A stretch of 33,311 bases of DNA from an uncultured Gemmatimonadales bacterium (lineage in GTDB: Bacteria > Gemmatimonadota > Gemmatimonadetes > Gemmatimonadales > GWC2-71-9): positions 1 through 33,311 of the forward strand of contig CAVZZO010000004.1 of NCBI GenBank assembly GCA_963779755.1, given 5' to 3'. A program made the position numbers and the translations under genes. The notes below the pieces were generated by a model. That model was not told the origin of the DNA and ran no database searches. It saw only the letters and a list, made by a program, of their open reading frames with translations. Positions 8,290-17,808 of this stretch are shown one piece after another. Position 1 is the stretch's first letter; each line of letters begins with the position of its first letter.

Positions 8290-9234
8290 TCAGGCAGTCA
8301 GCGAATGAGGCTGGTCTGGATCTCGTGCCAGCACGGCGCGCGCAGCCTCGGCATCCCGCGCCAGCTGGTTCCGCAGTTCTTCCGGCCCGGCGAACCGCCG
8401 GACGTCCCGCAGCCGCTCCACCCATTCCACCCGTACCCAGTCGCCGTACAGGTCGGCGGCGACATCGAACAGGTGGGCTTCCACCGAGCGGCGGGTGTCG
8501 CCGAAGGTGGGGCGCGGCCCCTGGTTCACCATGGCGCCGGCCCGGCCCCCGCGCCATTCCACCCAGACGGCGTAGACGCCGTCGGGCGGTAGCAGCTTCT
8601 GCGGCGGGATGCCGCCCAGGTTGATGGTGGGCACCCCCACCCTCCGGCCCCGGCCCGCTCCCGGCACCACCCGGCCGGAGAGGCTGTAGGGCCGCCCCAG
8701 CAGCGCCCGCGCGGTGGCGAGATCGCCGCCGGAGATAGCGCGCCGGATCCGGGTGCTCGACACCGGATGCTGCCCCAGTTCCACCGGGGCGACAACATCC
8801 ACCAGGAATCCGTCCCGCTGCCCCAGCCGCCGCAGGGTCTCGACATCGCCGCTGCGGCCCCGTCCGAAGCCGTGGTCCCAGCCGATCACCAGCTCGCGCA
8901 TGGCGAAGCGGCGCAGCAGCACATCGCCCACGAACTCCTCGGGCGTCAGGTTCGCCAGCGCCCGGTCGAAACGGAGGAATACCACCCCGTCGAGATCGGT
9001 CGTCGCCAGCACCTCGCGCCGCTCCTCGCTGGTGGTGAGCAGCGGCGGCGCGGCCCGGGGGTTCACCACCTCCAGCGGGTGCGGCTCGAACGTCACCAGC
9101 AGACTCTTGCGGCCCGCTGCCCGCGCCCGCAGGGCGATCTCCGTCAGCACGGCGCGATGCCCGGGGTGTACCCCGTCGAAGGTGCCCACCGTCACCGTGG
9201 TGCCCCGGCCCAGCCAGGGCAACGCCAGGGTCAT
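8290..9234 (-). CDS. ribF: Bifunctional riboflavin kinase/FAD synthetase
   Basis: GTFDGVHPGH, TFEPHP, SSTRIR, GVPTINL and EAHLFD motifs. ATG at 9234 overlaps the truB stop. Confidence 0.95.
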   Translation of the reverse strand: MTLALPWLGRGTTVTVGTFDGVHPGHRAVLTEIALRARAAGRKSLLVTFEPHPLEVVNPRAAPPLLTTSEERREVLATTDLDGVVFLRFDRALANLTPEEFVGDVLLRRFAMRELVIGWDHGFGRGRSGDVETLRRLGQRDGFLVDVVAPVELGQHPVSSTRIRRAISGGDLATARALLGRPYSLSGRVVPGAGRGRRVGVPTINLGGIPPQKLLPPDGVYAVWVEWRGGRAGAMVNQGPRPTFGDTRRSVEAHLFDVAADLYGDWVRVEWVERLRDVRRFAGPEELRNQLARDAEAARAVLARDPDQPHSLTA

Positions 9235-10079
9235 GCGTCCCCCAGCACGACCAGGGGGCGGAGCCAGCCGTCTTCCGACCGCGCCACCGCGACCAGCGCA
9301 CCCTCCCAGAGCAGGGCGGTGTCGCCGGCCGGTGACTCGCGCCTGACGGCGCGGCCGTGGCCCACGTCGCGGCGCTCCCCGGCATCCAGCTCCACCGCCG
9401 GCAGGTCGCGCAGGACCGCGGCCGGCGGCAGCAGCGGGGTGGCGGGCCCCAGCGCCTCCAGCGGCAGGGCATCGGCCACCGCAAGCGACCCGATGGCCTC
9501 GCGCCGCAGCGCCGTCAGGTGGGCCCCGGTACCGAGCCGCTCGCCCAGGTCGCGCGCCAGTGCCCGCACATAGGTGCCCGGGCTCACCACGGTGCGAAAG
9601 ACCAGGTCCGGCGCGCTCCAGGACAGCAGTTCCACCCGATAGACCTCCACCTCGACCGGTGCCAGCTCCACCGCTTCTCCCCGCCGGGCGCGGCGATAGC
9701 TGCGTTCCCCCGCCACCTTCTTGGCCGAGAAGGCCGGCGGCCGCTGCCATTGCCGCCCCATCAGGGCACCCAGCGCCGCAGCCACTTCTTCCGGCTCCGG
9801 CATCGCCGCCGCCGGCGCCCCGAGGGGTTGGCCGGTCCGGTCGTCGGTACTGGTGGACCAGCCCAGCCGGGCCGTAGCGAGATACGTCTTGGGCTGCCGC
9901 TCCACGAAGCGCGCCAGCCGCGTCGCCCGCCCGGTGAGCAGCACCAGGAGCCCGGTGGCGAACGGGTCCAGCGTGCCGGTGTGCCCCACCGCCCGGAGGC
10001 CCAGGGTCCGGCGGGCCAGGGCGACGACATCGTGCGAGGTGCGTCCCGTCGGCTTGTCCACCAGCAACGCGCCGGTCAG
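9231..10079 (-). CDS. truB: tRNA pseudouridine(55) synthase
   Basis: DKPTGRTSHDVV, GHTGTLDPFATGLL, PPAFSAKKVAG and GTYVRALARDLG motifs. Start probably CTG at 10079; alternative TTG at 10067. Confidence 0.93.
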   Translation of the reverse strand: MTGALLVDKPTGRTSHDVVALARRTLGLRAVGHTGTLDPFATGLLVLLTGRATRLARFVERQPKTYLATARLGWSTSTDDRTGQPLGAPAAAMPEPEEVAAALGALMGRQWQRPPAFSAKKVAGERSYRRARRGEAVELAPVEVEVYRVELLSWSAPDLVFRTVVSPGTYVRALARDLGERLGTGAHLTALRREAIGSLAVADALPLEALGPATPLLPPAAVLRDLPAVELDAGERRDVGHGRAVRRESPAGDTALLWEGALVAVARSEDGWLRPLVVLGDA

Positions 10080-10438
10080 GCCTCGTCCTCCCGGTGCAGA
10101 TCGGCCAGAATGGCGTTGATCCGCGCCGCGTGCTCCTGGCCGCGATCCAGCTCGAAGTGCAGCTCGGGCACCACCCGCGTGTCGAGCGAGCGGGTCAGGC
10201 GGCTGCGGAGAAATCCGGCCGCGCTCTGCAGCCCTTCCATGGCGCGGTCCTTGTCGTCCGGCTCGCCCATGACCGACACCCGGATGCGGGCGTGCGAGAG
10301 ATCGCCCGACACCTGCACGCCGGTGACGGTCACGAAGCCCACGCGTGGATCGCGGATATCCCGGGTCAGCGTGTCCGCCACCACCTGGCGGATGGTCTCC
10401 GCCACCTGGGCCGGACGTCGCGAGTGTTTGCCTCTCAT
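10076..10438 (-). CDS. rbfA: Ribosome-binding factor A
   Basis: IRDPRVGFVTVTGVQVSGDLSHA and RVVPELHFELD motifs; lies between infB and truB. Confidence 0.95.
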   Translation of the reverse strand: MRGKHSRRPAQVAETIRQVVADTLTRDIRDPRVGFVTVTGVQVSGDLSHARIRVSVMGEPDDKDRAMEGLQSAAGFLRSRLTRSLDTRVVPELHFELDRGQEHAARINAILADLHREDEA

Positions 10439-10716
10439 AGGTACGACACCACCGTCTCGATAATCCGCACTCCGTCGGCCGTCCCGACCATCCGGTCGGC
10501 GCTCCGGAGCATTTCCTCAACCACCGTGCGATCGCTGCCCACGCCGGCGCAGGCCAGCTGGGCCCGCTGCCACAGATCCTGGTTGCCGGTCTCGGCCACC
10601 GAGAGGTTGAGTTCCCGGCGCAGGCGGCTCTGCAGCGGCTTCAGCCTGCTGCGCTTTTCCTTCAGGGAATGGCACCCCTCGAGGTGCAGCTCCCAGCGCG
10701 ACAGGCCGACGATCAT
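10435..10716 (-). CDS. DUF503 (YlxP) family protein
   Basis: SLKEKR, NLSVAE and QDLWQRA motifs; usual infB-DUF503-rbfA position. Confidence 0.88.
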   Translation of the reverse strand: MIVGLSRWELHLEGCHSLKEKRSRLKPLQSRLRRELNLSVAETGNQDLWQRAQLACAGVGSDRTVVEEMLRSADRMVGTADGVRIIETVVSYL

Positions 10717-10720
10717 GCCC

Positions 10721-13441
10721 TCAGGCCACGCCCGTCCCGGCGGCCGGCTCCAGCGTCCGCTTGACCTCTTCCACCCGGTAGGATTCGATCATGTCGCCTA
10801 CCTTGAGGTCGTTGAAGTTCTCGATCGCGATGCCGCACTCGAGGCCTTCGCGCACTTCGCGCACATCGTCCTTGAAGCGCTTGAGGCTGGAGAGCTGGCC
10901 GTCATAAACCGGCACGCCGTCGCGCACCACGCGCGCCTTGGCCGAGCGGTGAATGGTGCCGCTGGTCACGTTGCAGCCCGCCACCGTGCCCACCTTGCTT
11001 ACCTTGAAGAGTTGCAGGACCTCGGCATCGCCCAGGACGATTTCCTTCTCTTCCGGCTTGAGCATGCCCTCCAGCGCGTTGCGCACATCCTCCACCGCCT
11101 CGTAGATGATGCGGTAGGTGCGGACATCGACCTGCTCCCGCTCCGCGGACGCGCGGGCGTTGCTGTCGGGCCGCACGTGGAAGCCGAGCACCATGGCCCC
11201 GGAGGCCTTGGCGAGCAGGATGTCGCTCTCGCTGATGGCGCCCACGCCGCGGTGGATGACATCCACCCGCACCTCGTCGGTGCTGAGCTGGGCCAGCGCA
11301 TCGGCCAGCGCCTCGGCCGGGCCGCCCTGATCGGCCTTGATGATGAGCCGGAGGTTCACCACCTCGCCTTCCTGCAGCTGCCGGCTCAGATCTTCCAGGG
11401 TGCCGCCGCGCGCGGTGCGCCGGTTCTGCGCCTCGCGCTCCAGCCGCTGCCGCTTCTGAGCGATATCGCGCGCCTCGTTGGCGTCGGCCACCACGTTGAA
11501 GTGGTCGCCCGCCGAGGGCACCCCGTCGAAGCCCAGAATCTGGACCGGGATGCTGGGGCCGGCGCTCTCCACGTTGTTGCCCCGCTCGTCGAACATGGCG
11601 CGGACGCGGCCGGAGTATTTGCCGCAGATGAAATCCTGGGCCACGCCCAGGGTGCCGCGCTGGATCAGGATGGTGGCCAGCGGCCCCTTGCCCGGATCGA
11701 GGGTGGCCTCGAGCACCGCGCCCTGGGCGGCGTGATCGGGATTGGCCTTGAGATCGAGGACCTCGGCCTGGAGCAGGATCTGCTCCATGAGCTGATCCAC
11801 GTTGGTGCCGAGCTTCGCCGAGACGGGCGTCGAGAGCACGTTGCCGCCGAACTCCTCCAGCACCACGTTCTGCTGCAGCAGGTCCTGCTTGACCTTCTGC
11901 ACGTTGGCGCTGGGCAGGTCGATCTTGTTGATGGCGACGATCATGGGTACGCCGGCATTGCGGGCGTGGCTGATCGCCTCGACCGTCTGCGGCATGACCT
12001 GGTCGTCGGCCGCCACCACCAGCACGACGATATCGGTGACCTGGGCGCCGCGCGCGCGCATGGCGGTGAAGGCCTGGTGGCCCGGCGTATCCAGGAAGGT
12101 GACCCGCTTGCCCCCGGGCAGCTCGACGTGGTAGGCGCCGATGTGCTGGGTGATGCCGCCGGCCTCGCCCGCGATGACGTTGGTCTTGCGGATGTAGTCC
12201 AGCAGCGAGGTCTTGCCGTGGTCCACGTGGCCCATGATGGTGACCACCGGCGGCCGGGGCCGCAGGTCCTCGGGCTGGTCCGCTTCCTGTACCGTCTCGA
12301 CTTCGGCGGCATACTCCGACTCGCGCACCGCCTCGAACCCGAAGGCATTGGCGATGAGCTCGATCTGGTCGAAGTCGAGCCGCTGGTTGACCGTCACCAT
12401 GAGGCCCAGCTCCTTGAAGGCGAACTGGACGATCTGGGTGGCGGTGACTTTCATCGTGTCCGCCAGCTCGGAGACGGAGATGAACTCGTTCACCCGGATG
12501 CGGGTCTTCTCCCGCTCGCGCTCTTCCGCCGCGCGGCCCGCCTGCAGCTCCCGGTAGCTGGGCTCGTCGCTGCGGCGGCCGCCCTTGCGTCCGCCGCCGC
12601 CCCGCAGCCCCTGCAGCGTCTTCATGATGTTGGCCTGCACCGCCTCCTGGTCCACCTGGGAGCGCTTGCCCTTCTTGCCCTTGCGTCGGCCCCGCTCGCC
12701 TTCGCCGGTGCGGGCGGGCCGCTCCACCGGACCGCTGGCGCTGCTGAAGACCGGCTTGGGCCCGCGCGCCGGGGCGGGGCGGCCCGCGGGCGGCCGCTGG
12801 ATCTTGGGCGGAATGAAGGGCCGGGGCGAGAAGGGCGCCGGGGTCTCGCGCGCCGGCGGCGCCGACGTGGCGGGTGCCGACGCCTCGCCCGGGGTGGCCG
12901 GCGGGGCTTCGCCCTCCGCCGCTTCGACGGCTTCGGTTTCCGGCGCTTCGGGCGGCAGGTCGCGGAACAGGGCGCGGGCGCGCTCTTCCAGCGACGCGGG
13001 CACGCCGGCCTCGGCCGCCTCGCGCGCCGCCTCCTGGGCCTCGCGCTCGCGCTCGAGCGCCTCCAGCTCGGCCTCGCGCTCGCGTTCGGCCTCGGCCTGC
13101 GCCTGAGCCTCCACCTCGGCCGCCGTGCGCCGCCGCCGGGCCGGCCGGGCCGGTGCGGCGGCCGCTTCCGCCGGCGCGGCCTTCTTGCTGGACCGTTTGG
13201 TGGCGCGCTTGGCCGTGCCGCCGGCGCTCTTGGTCGCCTTGCGGCGGCCCTTCTTGGGCGCCTCCTCGGTCCCCTTGCGCTTCTCCCGCTCCCAACGAAG
13301 CCGCACCTTGGCAACCTGATCGGGTTCCAGCACCGAGAGGTGCGAGCGCACGAAGATGTTCATGTCCCGCAGCAGCCCGAGCAGCCGCTCCGAGTCGATG
13401 CCGAACTCCGCCGCCAGATCGTGAATACGCGTCTTGACCAC
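10721..13441 (-). CDS. infB: Translation initiation factor IF-2
   Basis: [44 protein letters not shown] and [12 protein letters not shown] motifs. Confidence 0.98.
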   Translation of the reverse strand: MVKTRIHDLAAEFGIDSERLLGLLRDMNIFVRSHLSVLEPDQVAKVRLRWEREKRKGTEEAPKKGRRKATKSAGGTAKRATKRSSKKAAPAEAAAAPARPARRRRTAAEVEAQAQAEAEREREAELEALEREREAQEAAREAAEAGVPASLEERARALFRDLPPEAPETEAVEAAEGEAPPATPGEASAPATSAPPARETPAPFSPRPFIPPKIQRPPAGRPAPARGPKPVFSSASGPVERPARTGEGERGRRKGKKGKRSQVDQEAVQANIMKTLQGLRGGGGRKGGRRSDEPSYRELQAGRAAEEREREKTRIRVNEFISVSELADTMKVTATQIVQFAFKELGLMVTVNQRLDFDQIELIANAFGFEAVRESEYAAEVETVQEADQPEDLRPRPPVVTIMGHVDHGKTSLLDYIRKTNVIAGEAGGITQHIGAYHVELPGGKRVTFLDTPGHQAFTAMRARGAQVTDIVVLVVAADDQVMPQTVEAISHARNAGVPMIVAINKIDLPSANVQKVKQDLLQQNVVLEEFGGNVLSTPVSAKLGTNVDQLMEQILLQAEVLDLKANPDHAAQGAVLEATLDPGKGPLATILIQRGTLGVAQDFICGKYSGRVRAMFDERGNNVESAGPSIPVQILGFDGVPSAGDHFNVVADANEARDIAQKRQRLEREAQNRRTARGGTLEDLSRQLQEGEVVNLRLIIKADQGGPAEALADALAQLSTDEVRVDVIHRGVGAISESDILLAKASGAMVLGFHVRPDSNARASAEREQVDVRTYRIIYEAVEDVRNALEGMLKPEEKEIVLGDAEVLQLFKVSKVGTVAGCNVTSGTIHRSAKARVVRDGVPVYDGQLSSLKRFKDDVREVREGLECGIAIENFNDLKVGDMIESYRVEEVKRTLEPAAGTGVA

Positions 13442-13453
13442 CGATTCCCTCCC

Positions 13454-13756
13454 TTACAAGCGCCCCGCCGCCCGGACGATTCCGTCGGCAAGCGCGCGAC
13501 TCCGTACTCCGACAACCATGAGGGGCGGCCGGCCCAGCCGGTCCCCCAGCTCCCGCGCGCCCGGCCCCGCAATGAGCGGGACGTTCCGCGCCCGGGCCAG
13601 CCGCAGCACTTTCTCTTCGGCCCGCGGACCCGCATCGCGGGCGACCACCACGCAGTGGCAGCCTCCGCTCCGCAGCTCCCGGCGCACCCCGTCCACTCCC
13701 AGCACCAGCTCCCCGCTCCTCAGCCCCAGGCCCAGCAGGCCCAGCCAGCCACTCAT
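13454..13756 (-). CDS. Ribosomal L7Ae/L30e/S12e/Gadd45 family RNA-binding protein (YlxQ-like)
   Basis: LGLLGLGLRSGELVLG, VVVARDA and ELGDRLG motifs; lies between nusA and infB. Confidence 0.85.
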   Translation of the reverse strand: MSGWLGLLGLGLRSGELVLGVDGVRRELRSGGCHCVVVARDAGPRAEEKVLRLARARNVPLIAGPGARELGDRLGRPPLMVVGVRSRALADGIVRAAGRL

Positions 13757-15093
13757 GGGCTGGGCTGGGTCTCTTCCCGTCCCTCTTCGGTATTCTCTTC
13801 GCTCTCCGTGAGCTCGGCCAGGAAGCCGGCCAGATGCTGTGCCGCCTCCGGCGTCATGCCCGGGATCCGGGCGATATCCTCGGGCTCCAGGTCGAGCACG
13901 TCGTTCAGCGTGGCGTAGCCGGCCGAGTTGAGAATGGCCACCACCTCCGGCGCCAGGCCCTCCAGCTCGGTGAGCTGCACCTGGCTCACGCGCTCATCCT
14001 CGGACGGCAGGGGGGCGAACAGCGGCCCTTCCCCGCCCCGCTCCAGCCATTCGCGGCTGGAGTAGAGGTCGATCTTCCAGCCGGTAAGCTCGCTGGCCAA
14101 CCGGACGTTCTGCCCGTTGCGCCCGATGGCGAGGGAGAGCTGGTCTTCGTCCACGATGGCCTGAATGGTCTTGCTGGCCGGTTCGCTGAAGACCTTGGCC
14201 ACGCGAGCCGGGGCCAGCGCCAGCCGGGCGAAGCGCACCGGATCGGGCGACCAGGGGACGATGTCGATCCGCTCGCCGCCCAGCTCGTTCACCACCGCCT
14301 GCACCCGCGAGCCCTTGAGGCCCACGCAGGCGCCCACGGGATCGATGGCGTCGTCGCGGGAGATGACCGCCACCTTGGTGCGGCTGCCGACCTCACGCGC
14401 CCAGGCACGGATCTCCACGATGCCCTGCTGGATCTCGGGCACTTCCAGCTTGAAGAGCGCCTTGACGAACAGCGGATCGCCGCGGGAGAGGATGAGGCGC
14501 GGCCCCTTGGGGGTTTCCTCGATGCGCTTCAGCACCGCCCGGATGGTGTCGCCCTGGTGAAAGTGCTCCCGGTGATTCTGTTCCCGGTAGGGAATAATCG
14601 CCTCGGCCTCGCGGAACTTGTTCAGCATGATCACCAGCTTGCCGCGCTCGATCTGCTGCACCTCGCCGCTCAGGAGCTCGCCCACCCGGTCGCTGAACTC
14701 CTCGCGGATCCGGTTCCGTTCGCCCTCGCGCACCCGCTGGATGATCCGCTGTTTGGCGGCCTGCACCGCGCCCCGCCCGAAATCCTCGAACGGCACGTCC
14801 TCTTCCAGCACGTCGCCGGGCTCGAATTCGGGGTCGGCGTAGCGGGCCTCTTCCAGCGCCACCTCGGCGCTGGGGTCTTCGACCTCCTGGACCACGCGGC
14901 GCAACCGCACCACCCGCATGGCGCCCTTGAGCTCGTCGAAGCTGATCTCGAACTGCACGTTGGGGCCGTATTTCTTCACCAGCGCCGCCTGGATGCCGTC
15001 GCGCAGCAACTCCAGCAGCTCGGAGCGCTCCAGTTGCTTCACACTGGTGAGTTCGCGGATCGCCGCGAGCACTTCAGCCGAACTGGACATCAC
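13753..15093 (-). CDS. nusA: Transcription termination/antitermination factor NusA
   Basis: FGRGAVQAAKQ, EVPEI, DPVGACVGLKGSRV, GERIDIV and LSLAIGRNGQNVRLAS motifs. Start is GTG 15093 or ATG 15090. Confidence 0.97.
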   Translation of the reverse strand: MMSSSAEVLAAIRELTSVKQLERSELLELLRDGIQAALVKKYGPNVQFEISFDELKGAMRVVRLRRVVQEVEDPSAEVALEEARYADPEFEPGDVLEEDVPFEDFGRGAVQAAKQRIIQRVREGERNRIREEFSDRVGELLSGEVQQIERGKLVIMLNKFREAEAIIPYREQNHREHFHQGDTIRAVLKRIEETPKGPRLILSRGDPLFVKALFKLEVPEIQQGIVEIRAWAREVGSRTKVAVISRDDAIDPVGACVGLKGSRVQAVVNELGGERIDIVPWSPDPVRFARLALAPARVAKVFSEPASKTIQAIVDEDQLSLAIGRNGQNVRLASELTGWKIDLYSSREWLERGGEGPLFAPLPSEDERVSQVQLTELEGLAPEVVAILNSAGYATLNDVLDLEPEDIARIPGMTPEAAQHLAGFLAELTESEENTEEGREETQPSP

Positions 15094-15587
15094 GAACCTC
15101 TTCCCTTGGGAATCCCTTGAGTTTCCTCCGGATCCGGCACCAGCGTCGCCTCCCGGATCTCCGCCAGCGCCAGCTCCCGTTCTTCGCCGCCGGGGAGCCG
15201 CAGGCGGACATGCTCGTCATCCGGCACCGCGAGAATCTCGGCCTGCGGCTTGCCGGCCACCGGACTCTTCACCAGCCGCACCCGGCGGCCGCGATAGCGC
15301 CGCCAGTGCTCCGGGAAACGCACCGGCCGCTCGATCCCGGGCGAGGAGACCTGCAGGACGTAGCGCGAGCCGACCAGCCCGCGCGCCTCCAGGGCCCGCT
15401 CGACCGCCCGGCTCGCACGGACGCAGTCCTCGGCCGTAACCCCATATCCCGGCCTACTGCCCGGCCGGTCTATCCTTAGCTGAAGCTGGGGACGCTGCGG
15501 CGGGCCACTCTGCCGGAAATCGACGACCTCGAACCCGAGGTCTTCCACGCACGCGCGAATCGGTTCCAGCAAATCGGGAGACGGCAT
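15090..15587 (-). CDS. rimP: Ribosome maturation factor RimP
   Basis: LRIDRP, GVTAEDC and YVLQVSSPGIERP motifs. ATG at 15587. Confidence 0.92.
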   Translation of the reverse strand: MPSPDLLEPIRACVEDLGFEVVDFRQSGPPQRPQLQLRIDRPGSRPGYGVTAEDCVRASRAVERALEARGLVGSRYVLQVSSPGIERPVRFPEHWRRYRGRRVRLVKSPVAGKPQAEILAVPDDEHVRLRLPGGEERELALAEIREATLVPDPEETQGIPKGRGS

Positions 15588-15591
15588 GGCC

Positions 15592-15618
15592 AAAAAAAAT
15601 GTGGGGGACTCCCCACAT
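15592..15618 (-). terminator. rimP leader hairpin with U-tract (intrinsic terminator/attenuator-like)
   Basis: Minus strand ATGTGGGG AGTC CCCCACAT followed by a T-run, ending 4 nt before the rimP ATG. Confidence 0.8.
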
Positions 15619-15656
15619 CGTCGAACAACCCAGGACCAACGCGGAACAGCACGGGA

Positions 15657-15685
15657 AGAGTAATGGCCCCGGGAACCCGCGTCAA
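15657..15685 (-). promoter_or_regulatory. Sigma70-type promoter for the rimP-nusA-infB operon
   Basis: TTGACG (15685-15680), 17-nt spacer, TACTCT (15662-15657). Confidence 0.65.
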
Positions 15686-16470
15686 TCCGCCGCCGGCCCG
15701 GGCCAGCCGAGGAAGGCCACCATCCGGCCATCGGCCCCGCGCGAGGCCCGATGGCTGAAGAAACGGGCCCGGCTCTCGCCCGAGCAGATCGGTGAGGTGG
15801 AGATCTTCGTCAGTCCCAGCTGGCGCCCCCGGTCCGCCAGGAGCCGGCGCAGGTCCACGTGCCCCCGGCCCGTCTCATCTACCCGTTTCCCCAAGGCGCT
15901 CATGACCTCAGAACCTACTTCATAACACTGGCCGCAAATAGCTATGCCACAATGCATTACAATGTCGTTCACCGAAGAGCCACCGCCTTCGACCAGCTGC
16001 TCAACCCCCCGGGCCAGGATATCGCCCGCGGTACCCCGCCAGCCGGAGTGGAGCAGCGCCGCCATCCGGCGGACCGGGTCGATCAGATAGATCGGAACAC
16101 AGTCGGCCAGGGTCACCAGCAGCATGACGCCGGCGGTCCGGCTCAGATGGCCATCCAGCCCTTCCTGGAGCACCCAGCCCCGTTCCGGCGCCTGCCAGCG
16201 GACCGTAGTCCCGTGGACCTGGTGCGCCAGCACATGGGCGCGAAAGCCGGGTTCCGCATCCAGAAACGCGCGCCAGCGCCGCATGGTCTGCCCCACGGGC
16301 CCGTTCCCCCAGAGCCCCAGGTCGAACGGGTGCTCGGCATCATCCCCCCGCCCTGTCACCCCCGCGACCACCCCGTACCGCTCGCGCCAGCCGGGGATTT
16401 CGAAGCGGGGGACGGGGCCAGGGAGGGGGCGTTCGGTTACGATGGATGTTTGAGAATTCGTGCTGGTCAA
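15682..16470 (-). CDS. pgeF: YfiH/PgeF family (polyphenol oxidase/laccase-domain) protein
   Basis: HQVHG, LADCVP, HSGWRG, CYEVG and FFSHR motifs. Start uncertain (TTG 16470). Confidence 0.88.
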   Translation of the reverse strand: MTSTNSQTSIVTERPLPGPVPRFEIPGWRERYGVVAGVTGRGDDAEHPFDLGLWGNGPVGQTMRRWRAFLDAEPGFRAHVLAHQVHGTTVRWQAPERGWVLQEGLDGHLSRTAGVMLLVTLADCVPIYLIDPVRRMAALLHSGWRGTAGDILARGVEQLVEGGGSSVNDIVMHCGIAICGQCYEVGSEVMSALGKRVDETGRGHVDLRRLLADRGRQLGLTKISTSPICSGESRARFFSHRASRGADGRMVAFLGWPGPAAD

Positions 16471-16526
16471 AGGTCAAAGGTCAAAGGTCGAAGTCGCTTT
16501 CCTCGCAGTCCTTTTCTCTCAGTCCT
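16465..16526. repeat. (GGTCAAA)3 heptamer array plus a 14-nt-period CAGTCCT unit, between murA and pgeF
   Basis: ggtcaaa ggtcaaa ggtcaaa ggtcgaa. GTCCTTTTCTCTCAGTCCT at 16508-16526 is identical to 29546-29564. Confidence 0.8.
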
Positions 16527-17808
16527 GCTCCTCCGCCCGCTCGATTTCCGCCCCCAGCCCCCGCAGCCGCTCGTCGATGCGCTCGTAGCCGCGTTCGATC
16601 TGGCCCACGTTGTGGATGGTGCTCTCGCCCTCGGCGGCGAGGGCGGCCACCAGCATGGCCATGCCGGCCCGGATGTCGGGCGATTCCACCGTACCGCCGT
16701 GCAGGGGTGAGGGCCCGCTGATGACCGCCCGGTGGGGGTCGCAGAGCACGATGTGCGCGCCCAGACCAATGAGCTTGTCGACGAAGAAGAGCCGGGATTC
16801 GAACATCTTCTCGAAGACCAGCAGCATACCGCTGCACTGGGTCGCGGTGACAATAGCGATGGACATGGCGTCGGCCGGGAAGGCGGGCCAGGGGCCGTCT
16901 TCCAGCTTGGGCACATGGCCGCCCAGGTCGGGGCGGATGCGGCGCTCCTGGTCGGCGGCGATGATGAGCCTGGTGCCCTCCAGGGCCGGGCGGACGCCGA
17001 GGCGGTCGAAGCCCAGCAGCGTGCTGCGGAGATCCTCGCCCCGGACCCCTTCGACCGTGATGGCGCCGTTGGTACTCGCGGCAAGCCCCAGAAAGCTGGC
17101 GATCTCGATATGATCGGGGCCGATGGCATAGGTGGTTCCGCGGAGCGGCGCGCCGCCTTCGATCACGTAGGTGTTGGTGCCGATCCCGTCGATGTTCGCC
17201 CCCATGCCCACCAGTAGCCGGGCCAGGTCCTGCACATGGGGCTCGGCGGCGGCATTGCGGAGGGTGGTGCGCCCCCGGGCGGCGACTGCCGCCATGAGGG
17301 CGTTCTCCGTGCCCGTGACACTGGGCTCGTCCAGAAAGACATCGGCCCCGACCAGCGCCCGCGCTTCCAGCTCGTAGCGGTCGCCTACGTTGATCTCGAC
17401 GCCCAGCTGTTCCAGAGCCAGGAAATGGGTGTCCACCCGACGCCGGCCGATCACATCGCCGCCCGGGGGCGGCAGCGTGGCGCGCCCGAATCGCGCCACC
17501 ATGGGCCCGGCCAGCAGGATGGAGGCGCGGATCCGGGCGCAGAGATCGGGCGCCAGCGGCTTGGGCGCGGCTCCCCGCCCGTCCACCCGCACGGTATTAG
17601 GGCCGGTCCAGCTGACGTCGGCACCGAGGTCGGCCAGCAGCGCAGCCATGGTTTCCACATCGCGGATCCGGGGGACGTTTTCCAGGATGACGGGACCGTC
17701 GGCCAGCAGGGTGGCGGCGAGCGCGGGCAGTGCGGCGTTCTTGTTGCCGCTGGGCCGCACCGTGCCGCGTAGCGGCCGGCCGCCCTGAACGAGAAAGCGT
17801 GGAGGCAT
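16519..17808 (-). CDS. murA: UDP-N-acetylglucosamine 1-carboxyvinyltransferase (Asp variant)
   Basis: GNKNAALP, RASILLAGP, PGGDVIGRR, SVTGTEN, NAAAEP, WPAFPAD, DIRAG and IERGYE motifs. ATG at 17808; TTG 17814 is an alternative. Confidence 0.96.
   Translation of the reverse strand: MPPRFLVQGGRPLRGTVRPSGNKNAALPALAATLLADGPVILENVPRIRDVETMAALLADLGADVSWTGPNTVRVDGRGAAPKPLAPDLCARIRASILLAGPMVARFGRATLPPPGGDVIGRRRVDTHFLALEQLGVEINVGDRYELEARALVGADVFLDEPSVTGTENALMAAVAARGRTTLRNAAAEPHVQDLARLLVGMGANIDGIGTNTYVIEGGAPLRGTTYAIGPDHIEIASFLGLAASTNGAITVEGVRGEDLRSTLLGFDRLGVRPALEGTRLIIAADQERRIRPDLGGHVPKLEDGPWPAFPADAMSIAIVTATQCSGMLLVFEKMFESRLFFVDKLIGLGAHIVLCDPHRAVISGPSPLHGGTVESPDIRAGMAMLVAALAAEGESTIHNVGQIERGYERIDERLRGLGAEIERAEEQD

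Noticed and set aside
8277..8290. Missing yajC before secD, and missing ylxR after nusA
   Set aside because: Both genes are often located elsewhere or absent; this cannot be judged from one window.
8290..10520. Long N-terminal extensions of ribF and truB in the ORF track
   Set aside because: The extensions are alternate-frame reads through truB and rbfA. The family motifs begin at 9234 and 10079.
12760..13270. Ala/Glu/Pro/Lys-rich repetitive stretch in infB
   Set aside because: This is the ordinary low-complexity IF-2 N-terminal linker.
10094..13918. 1274-aa plus-strand ORF, and similar long ORFs at 3065-4789, 6817-8592, 22659-24965 and 25739-27868
   Set aside because: They are antisense shadows of infB, fhs, secD, pcrA and serS. 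High GC3 suppresses stops on the opposite strand, and no recognisable motifs are present.
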